Assembly: GCA_963769425.1 (NCBI GenBank)
Contig: CAVYLP010000001.1
Span: 160,001-224,000 of the forward strand
Length of the DNA stretch: 64,000 nucleotides
Direction: 5' to 3'
DNA from: Candidatus Bathyarchaeota archaeon
GTDB lineage: Archaea; Thermoproteota; Bathyarchaeia; TCS64
Below the pieces are notes generated by a model that searched no databases, was not told where the DNA came from, and was given only the letters and a program-made list of their open reading frames with translations. The number at the start of each line of letters is the position of its first letter. Within the stretch, counting starts at the first letter, position 1. Positions 11,878 through 22,552 of this stretch are shown here, piece after piece. Position numbers and translations under genes: made by a program.

Positions 11878-13331
11878 ATGCCTCTCACCCGACTTTCCCT
11901 CAATCTGCTCACAACCTCATTCATCTTCATCGGCCTTGGGATGGCTCTCGGGAGTCTACCCTTAATCTACGCGGGCTTTGCGCCACTCATCTTCTTCGGA
12001 TTATCGCTTACCTTGCCCAGCGTTGAATCTATTGAGATCGAGCCAGTTGATGAACAGTTGGAGGTTTCCAGGGGCGAAGTAATCGAGTTAACGAGAAACG
12101 TCACTTTCAGGGGAGGCGTCGGATACGTTGTACTCTACGAGGAGGTCCCAGAGCCCTTCGAGTTGGTGGAAGGGGACAATCTTCAACTCCACGTTAAGGA
12201 CTCTAAGGATCTCCACGTATGTTTCTCATACAAGTTACGATGTACCCGCAGAGGCGTCTACGACTTCAACGAAATATCTTATAACATCCGACACGTCCTG
12301 GAATCGACTACCTCGAAAAAGGGTACACTGAATCTGAAGCAGAAAATCGTGGTTAAGCCTCCCCGAACGAGTGTTAGGCGCATCCGAGACCAAGCAGCGG
12401 TCGATAGGTTTGCCGCTACCTTCCGACTCCAAGATGCAGCTAGGAATCGTGTCACATGACTTCAAGGACCTAGCAACGTACCAGAGCGGAGACCCCTACA
12501 AGCACATAAACTGGAAGGCAACAGCCAGAACAATACAATCGTCAACCGACCTCCCCATAGTCAACGAATATGAGAGGGAGGGAAACAAGGTGGTGTGGAT
12601 TTTCCTCGACGCCTCGCCGAAGATGGAGCTCGGGAACAATGTCACGAACGTCTTTGAATATGGTGTCCAGGTAGCCCTAGGATTAGCTGAGTACTATGTT
12701 CAGAGACGATGCATGGTAGGCTTTTCACTATACAATAATGATGCGGTTAGTCAACCCAGTGCTTCCCCGGTGATTCAACAAGAAGAAATCGATGAAGAGG
12801 TGAAGAGAACACTTCCCGACCTCTTCCCCGCGGACCCTCTCATTCAGGAGAATAACACTTCAACTAAAACTCGACCCTCATCTACTCTATTCAGCCTCAC
12901 CCCAGAAGCGGGTAGACAGCAGCTCCACAGAATTGAAAGACTCCTCCAGAGCACCGAGGCCGATAGAGTCTCATTCAACCTTAAGCAGACCTTGAGACTC
13001 AACAAGAATCATCTTGAAAGCGCCAACCCGATGACTTTCCTTATCACCAGTGCGAGACGCGATAAAATGGACCTCCTCCACGAGGAACTCCTCGACCTCG
13101 AGGCAACAAATGGAAAAAGCAGGAGAGTAGCAGAAACAGACCTATCTGATCAACATCCAGGGGTACAGCCTATCCTCGAAGACCGATGCTGAGAAAGTGG
13201 CTGCACAGATAATGAAGTACGAGGAGGAGACTCTGCTCAGGAGAGCAATCACCGGAAAGGTGACGCTAATCAACTGGGATCCATCGGAGACTAGCTTCAC
13301 GACCACCCTGATAGCGGAGGCAACGCAGTGA
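11878..13331 (+). pseudogene. DUF58 domain protein (two frameshifts)
   Basis: RRGVY, YQSGDPYKHINWKATAR, NEYERE and FLDAS; frames change at ~12395 and ~13110; C-terminus LINWDP...EATQ* ends at 13331. Confidence 0.8.
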
Positions 13332-14065
13332 TGAGGACCGAACCCCTGTATTTACTCCAGGTGATTCTCGTCGCGTTAAGCACCGCTGTAGCTCTCATCT
13401 CGTTTCTGAGCTCAACCTTATTCTCAAGCTTCTCAAGCTACGCATATCTACTCCTTCAAAATAACACGATTTACAACTCGATACCTCTTGGAAAAACGAT
13501 TCTCGTCGAGTTGGCGTTGACAATATTCTTTGTTGTGATAGTGTCAGTTGACCTGAAGCAGGAGAACTTCAGCTACATTTACATATACAACCTGATTCTC
13601 TTCGCCCCCGAGGTCTTGAGCCACTCACAGGTCAACTACCTGAATCTTCTGGATCTCTCACACCTATTCTCACCCAATAGAAGCCTACAAACAGTAATCG
13701 TCACGGGACTCATCATAGTCTTGTCGTCTTGCATGATCGAGTTCGTTTCAAAGGAACGAGAGATCATGCACAACTACCACACCCGAGGAGTCCCTGGGGA
13801 AGCCGTGCACGGTGGTGAAATAGCATCTCTACAATACACCCTAATGATTGGGGGATCAACGTTCATTATAGTCCTCATCCTATTGGCTGTGAACTTTTTC
13901 CTAGACTATTCTAGTCTCTCAATATTTGCCATGCCTTACCAACCGTTAGTCCTCGGGATAGCATCCATCATCTTTCTCTTGACAGGGCTATTCATATTCA
14001 TGAACTATTTTCCCAATAATAGTAAAAAAAAATGTCTAATTAAAACAACAAGCCGTGCATCTTAA
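13328..14065 (+). CDS. Hypothetical multi-pass membrane protein (end of MoxR operon)
   Basis: 245-aa hydrophobic ORF overlapping the DUF58 stop. Confidence 0.65.
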   Translation: MMRTEPLYLLQVILVALSTAVALISFLSSTLFSSFSSYAYLLLQNNTIYNSIPLGKTILVELALTIFFVVIVSVDLKQENFSYIYIYNLILFAPEVLSHSQVNYLNLLDLSHLFSPNRSLQTVIVTGLIIVLSSCMIEFVSKEREIMHNYHTRGVPGEAVHGGEIASLQYTLMIGGSTFIIVLILLAVNFFLDYSSLSIFAMPYQPLVLGIASIIFLLTGLFIFMNYFPNNSKKKCLIKTTSRAS

Positions 14066-14440
14066 GATTATATATTAGGGAATTCGTAAAGGTTGAATAT
14101 GACAAAGTAATTTTTCAAGCTTTAACAGATTTAATAGAAGATATCCTAATTATGCGATCGTGAAAGCCAAATCATGAAAAGTAGACACTTAATCAAAGCT
14201 TTGATCTTAAAGAGACGAATGTTTGGTCGGAGCCGATCTGGATGAGAAGAGAAGTATTGGGGGGATTGGACGCCGTTTCTACTCATTCTTGTGATTGGGT
14301 TAAGCACATTATTTTTACGTCAACGGCGGCATCAACGGACATAGGGCAAACTCTAATTGGTTTTTCTAAGTTACGACCTTCTAGGGATACTCAAAAAATC
14401 ATTAAATACCTTAAGATAATTTATGCTATATTCAGGATTT

Positions 14441-14860
14441 TCATATATTTCGCTTATTTTTCACGGCGTATTCAATACTTCTTGCCAGGTTATGGTAGTG
14501 AGCGAGTGTCTCCTGCTTCCTGATATAGTAGTCTACACCTGCGGCGAGGGCGGCTTTAGCGACCTTCTCGCTCTCCCAACTAGTGTAGATGATGAAGGGG
14601 ATGTTGCTCTTCTTCTTTACTTCGGTACAGAGTTGGATTCCGTTCATCTCCGGCATCTTGTAGTCGGAGACTATGCAGTCAAAGCTCTGGTCGGTGAGGA
14701 GCATCAGGGCTTGTGATGGTGTCGATGTCGTGGTAACTTTCAGTGTTGAGTTCTCAAGGTTGAGACTAACTAGCTCAGCATTGTCTTCTTCATCGTCTAT
14801 TAATAGGACGCGAGTGATGTTCTTCGTATTCCCGGTTTTTTCCTGCACGGATGCCACCAT
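14441..14860 (-). CDS. Stand-alone response regulator receiver protein
   Basis: LLIDDE, SDYKMPEMNG and YIRK. Confidence 0.85.
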   Translation of the reverse strand: MVASVQEKTGNTKNITRVLLIDDEEDNAELVSLNLENSTLKVTTTSTPSQALMLLTDQSFDCIVSDYKMPEMNGIQLCTEVKKKSNIPFIIYTSWESEKVAKAALAAGVDYYIRKQETLAHYHNLARSIEYAVKNKRNI

Positions 14861-15186
14861 GTACGGATACTGAGTTGCTGAATGATGGGGAGCGAGTAGT
14901 TAAAAGAATGATCAATTTAGCCCCCAGGTATTGGGTTTACGCTAAACATTTTTTTTCTAACTGCGTTTTCCAGATACGTAGTTTCACATTACTTGAAAAT
15001 TCTTGAAACAAATATATACCATTCTTGTTCCTAGGCATCTATTATTAATTAATAATAGAGGTTAAAGATGCGGCTAAGAAACAACTTTGCTAGGTTGCAT
15101 AGTATGTAGATGCTTGAATCATACATTACTCATGTGGAAGTTGATAAATAGAATTTTTTACCTAATACAATTAAAAGTGATGTCTT

Positions 15187-16938
15187 TTGGCCAAGTGTCC
15201 GAGGTGTGGAGCTGAAGTCGTCGACCCTGTGAAGTCTTGGTCAATGATCGGAAAGCCTGACAGATCTGGAGAGATGTTCAAGCTGACGATCGGTCTGTAT
15301 AATTGCGTTTGCTCCGATAAGAGTTTTAGAAGCGTTATCGGGAAGGAGAAGATAACCCTGAGGGGGGTTCTAGAAAAAAATAACTCACTGGAAGAACAAC
15401 TGATGGAAGCTACAAATAAAAAATCCGAGTTAGAGTGTATTGTGAAGACTCTCGAGGAGGAGAAAGCCCAGCTCTTCGCCGAGGTTGAGGCGCTTAGAGC
15501 CATACCGGTACTTGAGGAAAAGGTGTCTACGCTCGAATCTGACATAGCGAGACTTCGAGAAGAGAAGGGCACGTTGATGAGCAGGCTCACTAAGCTTGCC
15601 ACTGATGCTGCACCAATTGTTCAGCCAGAACCCGTCGAAAAACCGCTGGAAGCCTACATCTCTGAAGCCGCGAATATTGAGGCACCAGCCCCCATCGAGG
15701 AGAGTATATGCGAATGCAATGAAGCTGGAACCGACGAGACCGTGACCGAGTCACCTGTGATTGATGCCGTCGCTACAGACGCATCGGCGCCGGTAGATCT
15801 GCCCGTCGAGACGTCTATTGAGGAGAAGCCAATGGATGTCTCTCCGATTGAAGTTACCCCTGTTGAGGTTATCTCGGAGGAAGCACTGACCATAACGGAG
15901 GCATCGACAGAGACACTTTTGAGTGATACGTTGACGATTGAGGAGAAGATCATTGAAATTCCTGCCGAAACCGTAGTTTCTGATATTCAACCAGTCGAGG
16001 CTTCTCCCATAGATGAGGCACCATCCGTCATTGATGCATCTCCGATAGACGCAGTAAGTATCGACTATCAGCAGGCCGAGACGCCCGCGATTGAGAACCC
16101 CGTTGTTATCGAAGTGGTTGAGGTAGCCCCGCTGGAGGCAGTCCAAGTCGATGTTTCCCCAAGCCAACCTCAAGTCGTTGCACCAATAATAGATGAAAAA
16201 ACCGTAGCTGCTCCGATGATAGAATCTCATGAAGTACCTGTCGAAGCGAAGCCAGAAACTACCCCGATGACCACAGCTCCGGTTGAAACAGTAACAGAAT
16301 TTGCTGACAAGACTAAGGAGGTATCAAGTGAGCCACTTATTGCTGAGCCCCTCATTGAGGTGAAACCTGTTGAGGTTGCCCCAGCGGTAACCGTCCTAGT
16401 TGAATCACCCACACTTGCAGAGGAAAATTTTGTGGAGATCCCTTCACCCGTAGTTACATCCATCAATGAGCCTTCGATAGGTGAAACGCCTATTGAGGAC
16501 AAATTAACGGAACCAGCCATAGATGTCGTTGATCCGGTTGAAACGCTTGATGAGGTGATATCAGGGATGGCTAAGGAGATAGAGGAAGAGAAGCCAGTCG
16601 AAGAAACTGTCTCTGAATTAACCCCTCAGAGTATTTCCGAGCCCGTTCAGGTAACGCCCGTTGAAACTGCACAACCTGAATCGAATACCAAAGAAACAGA
16701 GGAATTGGCTGAAGCTCAAGTAGTCGAACCTGCACCCACGGAGGCTCAAAAAGTTGAGGCGCCGGTTGTAGAAACAGTCATCGCTGAAACTCCCAAGGTC
16801 GAAGAATTAATCGCTGAGACCCCCGTTGTAGAGAACCACTCATATGTTGCCAATTTGGTAGAAGTTGTCACCGAGGTGAATGCAGGCGAGGCTTCGAAAC
16901 CATCCGAGGAGAAACAAACGGAATTAATTGTAGTTTAA
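15187..16938 (+). CDS. Cren7-like zinc-ribbon domain + coiled coil + long acidic P/E/V-rich tail
   Basis: N-terminus KCPRCG..PVKSWSM.GKP..TIGLY.C..KSFR resembles the Cren7 pattern (KVW..IGLF..KYFR); heptad region ~60-140; about 440-aa low-complexity tail. Confidence 0.6.
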   Translation: MAKCPRCGAEVVDPVKSWSMIGKPDRSGEMFKLTIGLYNCVCSDKSFRSVIGKEKITLRGVLEKNNSLEEQLMEATNKKSELECIVKTLEEEKAQLFAEVEALRAIPVLEEKVSTLESDIARLREEKGTLMSRLTKLATDAAPIVQPEPVEKPLEAYISEAANIEAPAPIEESICECNEAGTDETVTESPVIDAVATDASAPVDLPVETSIEEKPMDVSPIEVTPVEVISEEALTITEASTETLLSDTLTIEEKIIEIPAETVVSDIQPVEASPIDEAPSVIDASPIDAVSIDYQQAETPAIENPVVIEVVEVAPLEAVQVDVSPSQPQVVAPIIDEKTVAAPMIESHEVPVEAKPETTPMTTAPVETVTEFADKTKEVSSEPLIAEPLIEVKPVEVAPAVTVLVESPTLAEENFVEIPSPVVTSINEPSIGETPIEDKLTEPAIDVVDPVETLDEVISGMAKEIEEEKPVEETVSELTPQSISEPVQVTPVETAQPESNTKETEELAEAQVVEPAPTEAQKVEAPVVETVIAETPKVEELIAETPVVENHSYVANLVEVVTEVNAGEASKPSEEKQTELIVV

Positions 16939-17144
16939 GGATTAAAGATCTGGAACATCTGGGTTATCTTCCTATTATTCTTAAAATGAATGTAATTTTA
17001 CCAACTCTATGTGAGGAGTTCCGCTCAGGTCGCACACCTGTTTTTGGAGCAAAATGGGAAGATAATTAAATAAAATTATCTATAAAATTAATGCTCGCGT
17101 CAACGTACTAGGTTATTTGAGTTCTTGGTTTTGCTCTCGCGAAC

Positions 17145-17357
17145 CTACAAGATTCTAATCAAACTCGACAAACTCAAAGGATAATCACTGGACAACGATT
17201 CTGCTTCACCCTTAGACAATCCCGATGAGACGAGTATCTTCTTAAAACGCCTCAGGGCAGCCCAACGCCAAAAGGGGAAAACGAGTAAGAAAAGTAAAAC
17301 AGTGATAAGGATCTTCTCCGAAGAAAATAGGATGGAGAAATAACTCGGGAGGCGCAA
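17145..17357 (-). CDS. Small hypothetical membrane protein
   Basis: 70-aa ORF with one TM, directly downstream of 17363-17650. Confidence 0.45.
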   Translation of the reverse strand: MRLPSYFSILFSSEKILITVLLFLLVFPFWRWAALRRFKKILVSSGLSKGEAESLSSDYPLSLSSLIRIL

Positions 17358-17362
17358 TCCGC

Positions 17363-17650
17363 CTACTCATCCCTTCGGCCACGGGCCTCCCTCATGACGT
17401 TCGACCACTTCGTCAACGTCCCAAGGTACTCCCGGGTCATCTCCTGAGCCTCAGCCTCAGGTATCCCACCCTCGATCAGGCTCTTTCTGAAGACTGCGAC
17501 CGACTTACCGATATTGGCAGCCGCCTCGGGGGAGAAGAAGCTGTCCAGCACGCCCTTGATTAGCATAGGGATCTTTTCGCTGACCGACTCCATGATCTCA
17601 GCGATCTCCTTGGGGTCCATTCTCTCATGTTTCGGGTTTTGACTCATCAT
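17363..17650 (-). CDS. Hypothetical helical protein
   Basis: 95-aa ORF with coding-like composition (LIEGGIPEAEAQEMT). Confidence 0.65.
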   Translation of the reverse strand: MMSQNPKHERMDPKEIAEIMESVSEKIPMLIKGVLDSFFSPEAAANIGKSVAVFRKSLIEGGIPEAEAQEMTREYLGTLTKWSNVMREARGRRDE

Positions 17651-17723
17651 CTATTCCTCAACTAATAGGTATGTGATCAATCGGTATAGGGTTGGTGCAA
17701 AGAACTGATCAATAACTGATCAG

Positions 17724-18149
17724 TTAAATCAGCTGATATCGCTTTGTCTCAGTTTTGGAGACAATTTTTTCCTTTAGGAGTACATCTATGTGCTTCTTCA
17801 CAGTAACCCTGGATGCTTTCCCTCGTATGCTCGCCATCTCCCTCGTTAACTCCGATATATTCATCGGGCCTTTCAAAGCCAACACGTTGAGGACCTCTCT
17901 CGTTATCTCGTCTTTGCTCTCAGTGTTTCGGTCGAGGTAGTGTTTTACTTCGAGTAGTCTCTGTAGCATTTTTAGTGGCTCGTCGTAGAGTTGTGCGCCG
18001 ATTTTGAGGTCGTGCATTAGGGAGGCGACCTCCGGGTATCTTCGGGTCTCTGTGATCATTGCTTCGAGGCTATTTAACCGGTGGATGACCTCCTCCAGTT
18101 TTTCGTTTACATCTTTGAGGTCTCCAGCCATGCTAACCACTCTCGTCAA
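17724..18149 (-). CDS. Coiled-coil + winged-HTH transcription regulator
   Basis: LALKGPMNISELTRE...SRVTVKKHIDVL wHTH. Confidence 0.7.
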   Translation of the reverse strand: MTRVVSMAGDLKDVNEKLEEVIHRLNSLEAMITETRRYPEVASLMHDLKIGAQLYDEPLKMLQRLLEVKHYLDRNTESKDEITREVLNVLALKGPMNISELTREMASIRGKASRVTVKKHIDVLLKEKIVSKTETKRYQLI

Positions 18150-18416
18150 TACATGTTCTAGAAATTATATTATCATTGCCAATGTAGGCGCGCGAGATAA
18201 GTTAAAATTGCTATAATTACGAGTTGCGAGAGTCCTAAGAACAGTTAGAATAGTTTAATTCACCAAGATTAAAAGCCACGCGCCGATCTGGACAAAACTC
18301 CGAGACTGCAGACCTGCTTCAGCAACTGCTCAAGTACATCCGATCGTTCTTGTACGCGTGCGCAAAGAACCTTGAAACCATTTAGGTTTGAAAATCGCTA
18401 GACTCGCCTATTTATT

Positions 18417-18689
18417 TCATTTGCTTTCCTCTTTATCCTCGATCCACCAGATCCAAGATTCATCCTCGATGCGTTTTCCTTTAATCGTTCCTCTGACCCT
18501 CATCAGGTTTAACGCGATTATATTGTCAGATATACAGAATGGAACATACTGAACCTCTTGCTGTAGTTGCCTTGTAGTCAAGGGTTTTTTTGCTCCGCTG
18601 AGGATAGAAACAATGAGCTCTGGTCCAACCTTTTTTGATTCACCCATTTGATTCATCTTCAGATAAAATAACGATAGAGAAACTATCAT
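18417..18689 (-). CDS. Small winged-helix-like protein (likely start 18647)
   Basis: KKPLTTRQLQ...LNLMRVRGTIKGKR...WIWW. Confidence 0.55.
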   Translation of the reverse strand: MIVSLSLFYLKMNQMGESKKVGPELIVSILSGAKKPLTTRQLQQEVQYVPFCISDNIIALNLMRVRGTIKGKRIEDESWIWWIEDKEESK

Positions 18690-18772
18690 AATCTGATTGA
18701 TTATGCCTTTTACCCCAAACCCAAAATTAACTCTATCTTAATTTTATTTATTTCTTTTCTTCTCTCTTCCTC

Positions 18773-18997
18773 TTATCCAGTCTGTGTCTTTGTCTGTTCT
18801 GGTCTCCTTCTATATACAACTGCGATCAGTACCACAATGCCTAGCACGATGAGGATGGTGCCAAGCCCAGAGCCACGAAACGGCATCCCAGGAACAAACA
18901 CAATCAATGCTCCAACGATCAACAAGATCAGACCTACCAAACCCAGACCCATATCTTGTTGTTTGTTCATCTTTACAGTTGCCACCTTTTCACCCAT
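18773..18997 (-). CDS. Small two-TM membrane protein
   Basis: Two hydrophobic helices followed by a basic tail. Confidence 0.6.
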   Translation of the reverse strand: MGEKVATVKMNKQQDMGLGLVGLILLIVGALIVFVPGMPFRGSGLGTILIVLGIVVLIAVVYRRRPEQTKTQTG

Positions 18998-19479
18998 TTC
19001 AAAAACCTTCCATTAGTGGAAATCGTTACTTATCTAATATAACATTATCCAACCGAAACCATAACACTCCCGTGGTTGTTTTGCCCGCGAGTAAAAATTG
19101 TTCTATATTCGCAACCTAAGAAACCAGCTCTTAATCTCTCCTCTAAGATACTTCGATAGAAATGGCTCTTCATTAGTAAGAGTCGCAAGGGTCTGATGCT
19201 TCTCATGTCTGATCCTTTTAACCTCAACCTTCGTCTCGAAGAATCAAGCTTATCAAGAAGGATCTTTGTCCCTGAGTATTGCCAAATATTCCCTCTCACT
19301 CTTTTTCGTGTGACTCCGAGGACTCAGCCTTCACCCTAAAATCCCTTTACTGATACGTTGACAATACAACCAGGAAATCATCGATCAGATATCGGTAGAA
19401 CTCCTGAAAATCGCAGATAAGACTTAGCCATCTGAGTGAAAGCAGTTATCTAAAATAGTTTTAGCCTACAGATTAGACG

Positions 19480-20415
19480 ATGCCTAAAATAACCTGCCTC
19501 GCCGGCGGAGTCGGAGCCGCACGACTCCTCCAAGGCCTCATCAAAGTCGTACCCCCGAAGGACCTAACCATTATAGTCAACACAGGCGACGACTTTGAGC
19601 AACATGGTCTACATATCTCCCCCGATGTCGACATCATCACCTACACACTCGCAGGCATCGTTAACGAGCAGACTGGCTGGGGCATACGCGGCGACTCCTT
19701 CCAATGCCTCAAGGCCCTGGGCATACTTGGACACGAGACATGGTTCAACCTCGGCGACGCAGACATGGCCACCCATATAAGCAGAACCAGACTCCTCAAG
19801 GAGGGCCACACACTATCCGAGGTAACGACTATGCACGCCAAGTCACTCGGCGTAGAGGCCAGAATTATCCCGATGACCGATGATCCATTCGCCACGCATA
19901 TTGCTATTGATACTGGGCTCGTGCACTTCGAGGAGTACCTCGTTCATAGGGGGGCATCCGATGCTGTCAGGGGTGTGAAATATGTGGGAGCGGAGGAGTC
20001 TAGGCCTGCCTCGGGGGTAATTGACTCATTGATGGAGGCGGATTACGTCATTGTGTGTCCTAGTAACCCGATTGTGAGCATCGGCACAATACTTAGAGTC
20101 CCCGGAGTCCGAGATGCATTATGTGAAACCGAGGCGAGGGTTACAGCGATCAGCCCCATCGTAGGCGGTGCACCCGTTAAAGGTCCTGCGGACAAGATCA
20201 TGGCGGGTATAGGGTTAGAAGTGTCATCCCGCGCCGTCGCGGAGCTATACCGGGACTTCCTCGATACCTTCATAATTGATAACCGGGATCAGAGCCACGC
20301 CGAGGCGATCGAGGGATTGGGAATTAATGTAATGGTTACGAACACGATTATGGGTACCCTTGAGGATAAGGTGGCTCTAGCTGAGGCTGCCCTTAGATCA
20401 TTAGGTAACCTGTAG
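19480..20415 (+). CDS. cofD: 2-phospho-L-lactate transferase (F420 biosynthesis)
   Basis: LAGGVGAA, NTGDD, SPDVD, WFNLGDAD, PSNPIVSI and GPADK. Confidence 0.95.
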   Translation: MPKITCLAGGVGAARLLQGLIKVVPPKDLTIIVNTGDDFEQHGLHISPDVDIITYTLAGIVNEQTGWGIRGDSFQCLKALGILGHETWFNLGDADMATHISRTRLLKEGHTLSEVTTMHAKSLGVEARIIPMTDDPFATHIAIDTGLVHFEEYLVHRGASDAVRGVKYVGAEESRPASGVIDSLMEADYVIVCPSNPIVSIGTILRVPGVRDALCETEARVTAISPIVGGAPVKGPADKIMAGIGLEVSSRAVAELYRDFLDTFIIDNRDQSHAEAIEGLGINVMVTNTIMGTLEDKVALAEAALRSLGNL

Positions 20416-20427
20416 GCGACTTAGAGG

Positions 20428-21093
20428 ATGGGAGGGGTATATGCTCTTGTGCCGGTGAAGATGCTTCGGGACTCGAAGTCCAGACTATCAAGCATCCTTG
20501 ACCCTGAAGAGCGTGTGACCCTTACACTTATGATGCTCGAGGATGTGGTTAGGGAGATTCAATCATCGGGACTAGTCTCGAAGATTCTAGTAGTGACACC
20601 TGATGAGAGGGTCATCCGGTTCGCCGAGAGGCTCGGCATCGGGTCTTTCGCGTCGAATTCGGGGGATCTTAACACTGATTTGGAGAACGCGTTAGCCTGG
20701 TGCAGCGGTGACGAAGCTGGATCTGCGTTGATTGTCTTAGCAGACCTGCCTACCCTCTCGGGTGATGATCTAAGACACATAATCGAGCAGGTTTCCCGTG
20801 ACCCAATCGTCGTGATTTCACCTTCGAGAGATGGTGGCACGAATGTGCTCTTTATGCACCCATGTGGATTAATTAGGCCTAGCTTTGGTGTCGGGAGTTA
20901 CGAACGACATATACTTCTATTAAAGTCGATCAGCACTGACGTGAGGATCTATAGATCTTTGGGCACATCTCTGGATATAGATACGCCAGATGACGTTCGT
21001 GAACTCTTAGCGACAAAGGATTCTTCTAATTCTCCGTTAAAATCCTTGGTATATTTACGAACGATTATCAAAATGTCTAACTCATCGATTTAA
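20428..21093 (+). CDS. cofC: 2-phospho-L-lactate guanylyltransferase
   Basis: VPVK, SKSRLS, ADLP, DGGTN and DIDTPDD; adjacent to cofD. Confidence 0.93.
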   Translation: MGGVYALVPVKMLRDSKSRLSSILDPEERVTLTLMMLEDVVREIQSSGLVSKILVVTPDERVIRFAERLGIGSFASNSGDLNTDLENALAWCSGDEAGSALIVLADLPTLSGDDLRHIIEQVSRDPIVVISPSRDGGTNVLFMHPCGLIRPSFGVGSYERHILLLKSISTDVRIYRSLGTSLDIDTPDDVRELLATKDSSNSPLKSLVYLRTIIKMSNSSI

Positions 21094-21187
21094 ATTGCGC
21101 GCGCGATAGAGGACGGCGACAACGTAGCGCAGATACGCGACGGAGTCTCCTACGACTTTAAGCAAGTGAAGAAGCTCGAAGCTGATT

Positions 21188-21493
21188 TTACCTCTTCCAC
21201 TCCCTCAGCAAATCACCGATCTGCTCACCGAGTGGCGTTGCGTGTGCAGTTAGCTGAATGTTCCTGTGTGTATAATGTGTGTCGATCATCACCAAGCCAA
21301 CCTTGCATAAATCATCTAGGACCTTACGAAGGTGCTCATTCTGGTCGACCCCCTCGACCTGGATCGTTAGGACAAGGCCCGCGGGCTCGATGCATCGGGA
21401 TAGAGCATCAGCGTAGGCTGGAAGCTCATCATCGATTCGTTGCTTCTCCTTCTCAACCAGAGCATAGAGTATAGCCTTTAGTCTATCAGACAT
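21188..21493 (-). CDS. Hypothetical protein, possible winged-helix C-terminus
   Basis: 101-aa ORF; LDDLCKVGLV...ATPLGEQI. Confidence 0.5.
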   Translation of the reverse strand: MSDRLKAILYALVEKEKQRIDDELPAYADALSRCIEPAGLVLTIQVEGVDQNEHLRKVLDDLCKVGLVMIDTHYTHRNIQLTAHATPLGEQIGDLLREWKR

Positions 21494-21771
21494 ATGGAAG
21501 CGTCAGGAATCCATGAATAAGAGCAATGTGGATATACTGCAAAGACGATGGACAAATTTGAACCAGTCACCCTACAACTTTTTGTAGAGTTCCCTACCAT
21601 CTCGATAACTCATGAAAACGTGAATAAGAGTACTCAAGATCGGGTTCTTTAAAATTAACAACCTCCCAAAAAAGGCCGCAGATTATCTTCAGAATATTAT
21701 CAGTAAACTGGTGCACGAAACAATATATACAGCGATGTAAGGTTTCCTCCAAACTCATCGAGGTACTTTTG

Positions 21772-21924
21772 ATGAATAACCCGGATACTGATAAGAAAGT
21801 CAAATGGGGTGGTAATTGCCCAGTATGTGGAGCAATCAGATCGATATACGCTGGCGTCGATTTTTCTCAAAGGAAGCTGGTTTACAAATGTCTAAAGTGT
21901 CATACGGTATTCCCCCACACTTAA
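21772..21924 (+). CDS. 50-aa zinc-ribbon microprotein (CPxCG...CxxC)
   Basis: Manual translation MNNPDTDKKVKWGGNCPVCGAIRSIYAGVDFSQRKLVYKCLKCHTVFPHT*; below the ORF-track cutoff. Confidence 0.6.
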   Translation: MNNPDTDKKVKWGGNCPVCGAIRSIYAGVDFSQRKLVYKCLKCHTVFPHT

Positions 21925-21963
21925 TTAGCAGAATGAAAATTGCACGCTACGCGCGCATGATAT

Positions 21964-22179
21964 TTACTCTTTCAGAGCTACCTTCACGGACCACTGAATC
22001 TTCTTGGATAGAACCTCAGGTTTAGAGTCAATCCCATTCTTCTTAACATAGTCGGTAACCAGTTTATCGACCTTCTTCCTGATTGACTCGGATTCGAGCT
22101 CATGTACAAGCATCACGCTGACCTCTTTGGTCAGGTCATCACCCTGCTTCATCGTTAAAGCCGGCATTCTCAACCACAC
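21964..22179 (-). CDS. Small hypothetical protein
   Basis: 71-aa ORF with protein-like composition. Confidence 0.5.
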   Translation of the reverse strand: MWLRMPALTMKQGDDLTKEVSVMLVHELESESIRKKVDKLVTDYVKKNGIDSKPEVLSKKIQWSVKVALKE

Positions 22180-22552
22180 CTCAGTTTTCCAATTAAAATA
22201 TTGAATTCAATGCTTTATAAACAGGTGAATAAGAAAAACGGATAATTGGCGATTCAACTTTTTCGTAAGGATTATGTATCAATAAAGTAGTTTCCAAAAA
22301 CGGATCTGGTGCCTGGAAAATGTTGGATAACAATGTTTTCAACCTGATGTGCACAGTAATAAAGAACGAGTATGAGAGGAACGCCGAGGAGTGACGAGCT
22401 GCGCCGGTCCTAAGCACCATTATGCCAAATAAGACACCGAATGCACCCTTCTGACATCGAGATCCTGAACCACCAAAGAGACGACAAAATCAGCGAGGTA
22501 CTTTAAAAATCGGTCTCCCTTCCCCTCACCCGCACCACGTAGATTTCTCACC

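Noticed and set aside
19045-19299. 84-aa minus-strand ORF
   Set aside because: No recognisable family; may be decayed coding sequence but cannot be supported
21144-21156. 13-bp match GTCTCCTACGACT shared with 53610
   Set aside because: A 13-mer match is expected by chance in 64 kb and does not extend
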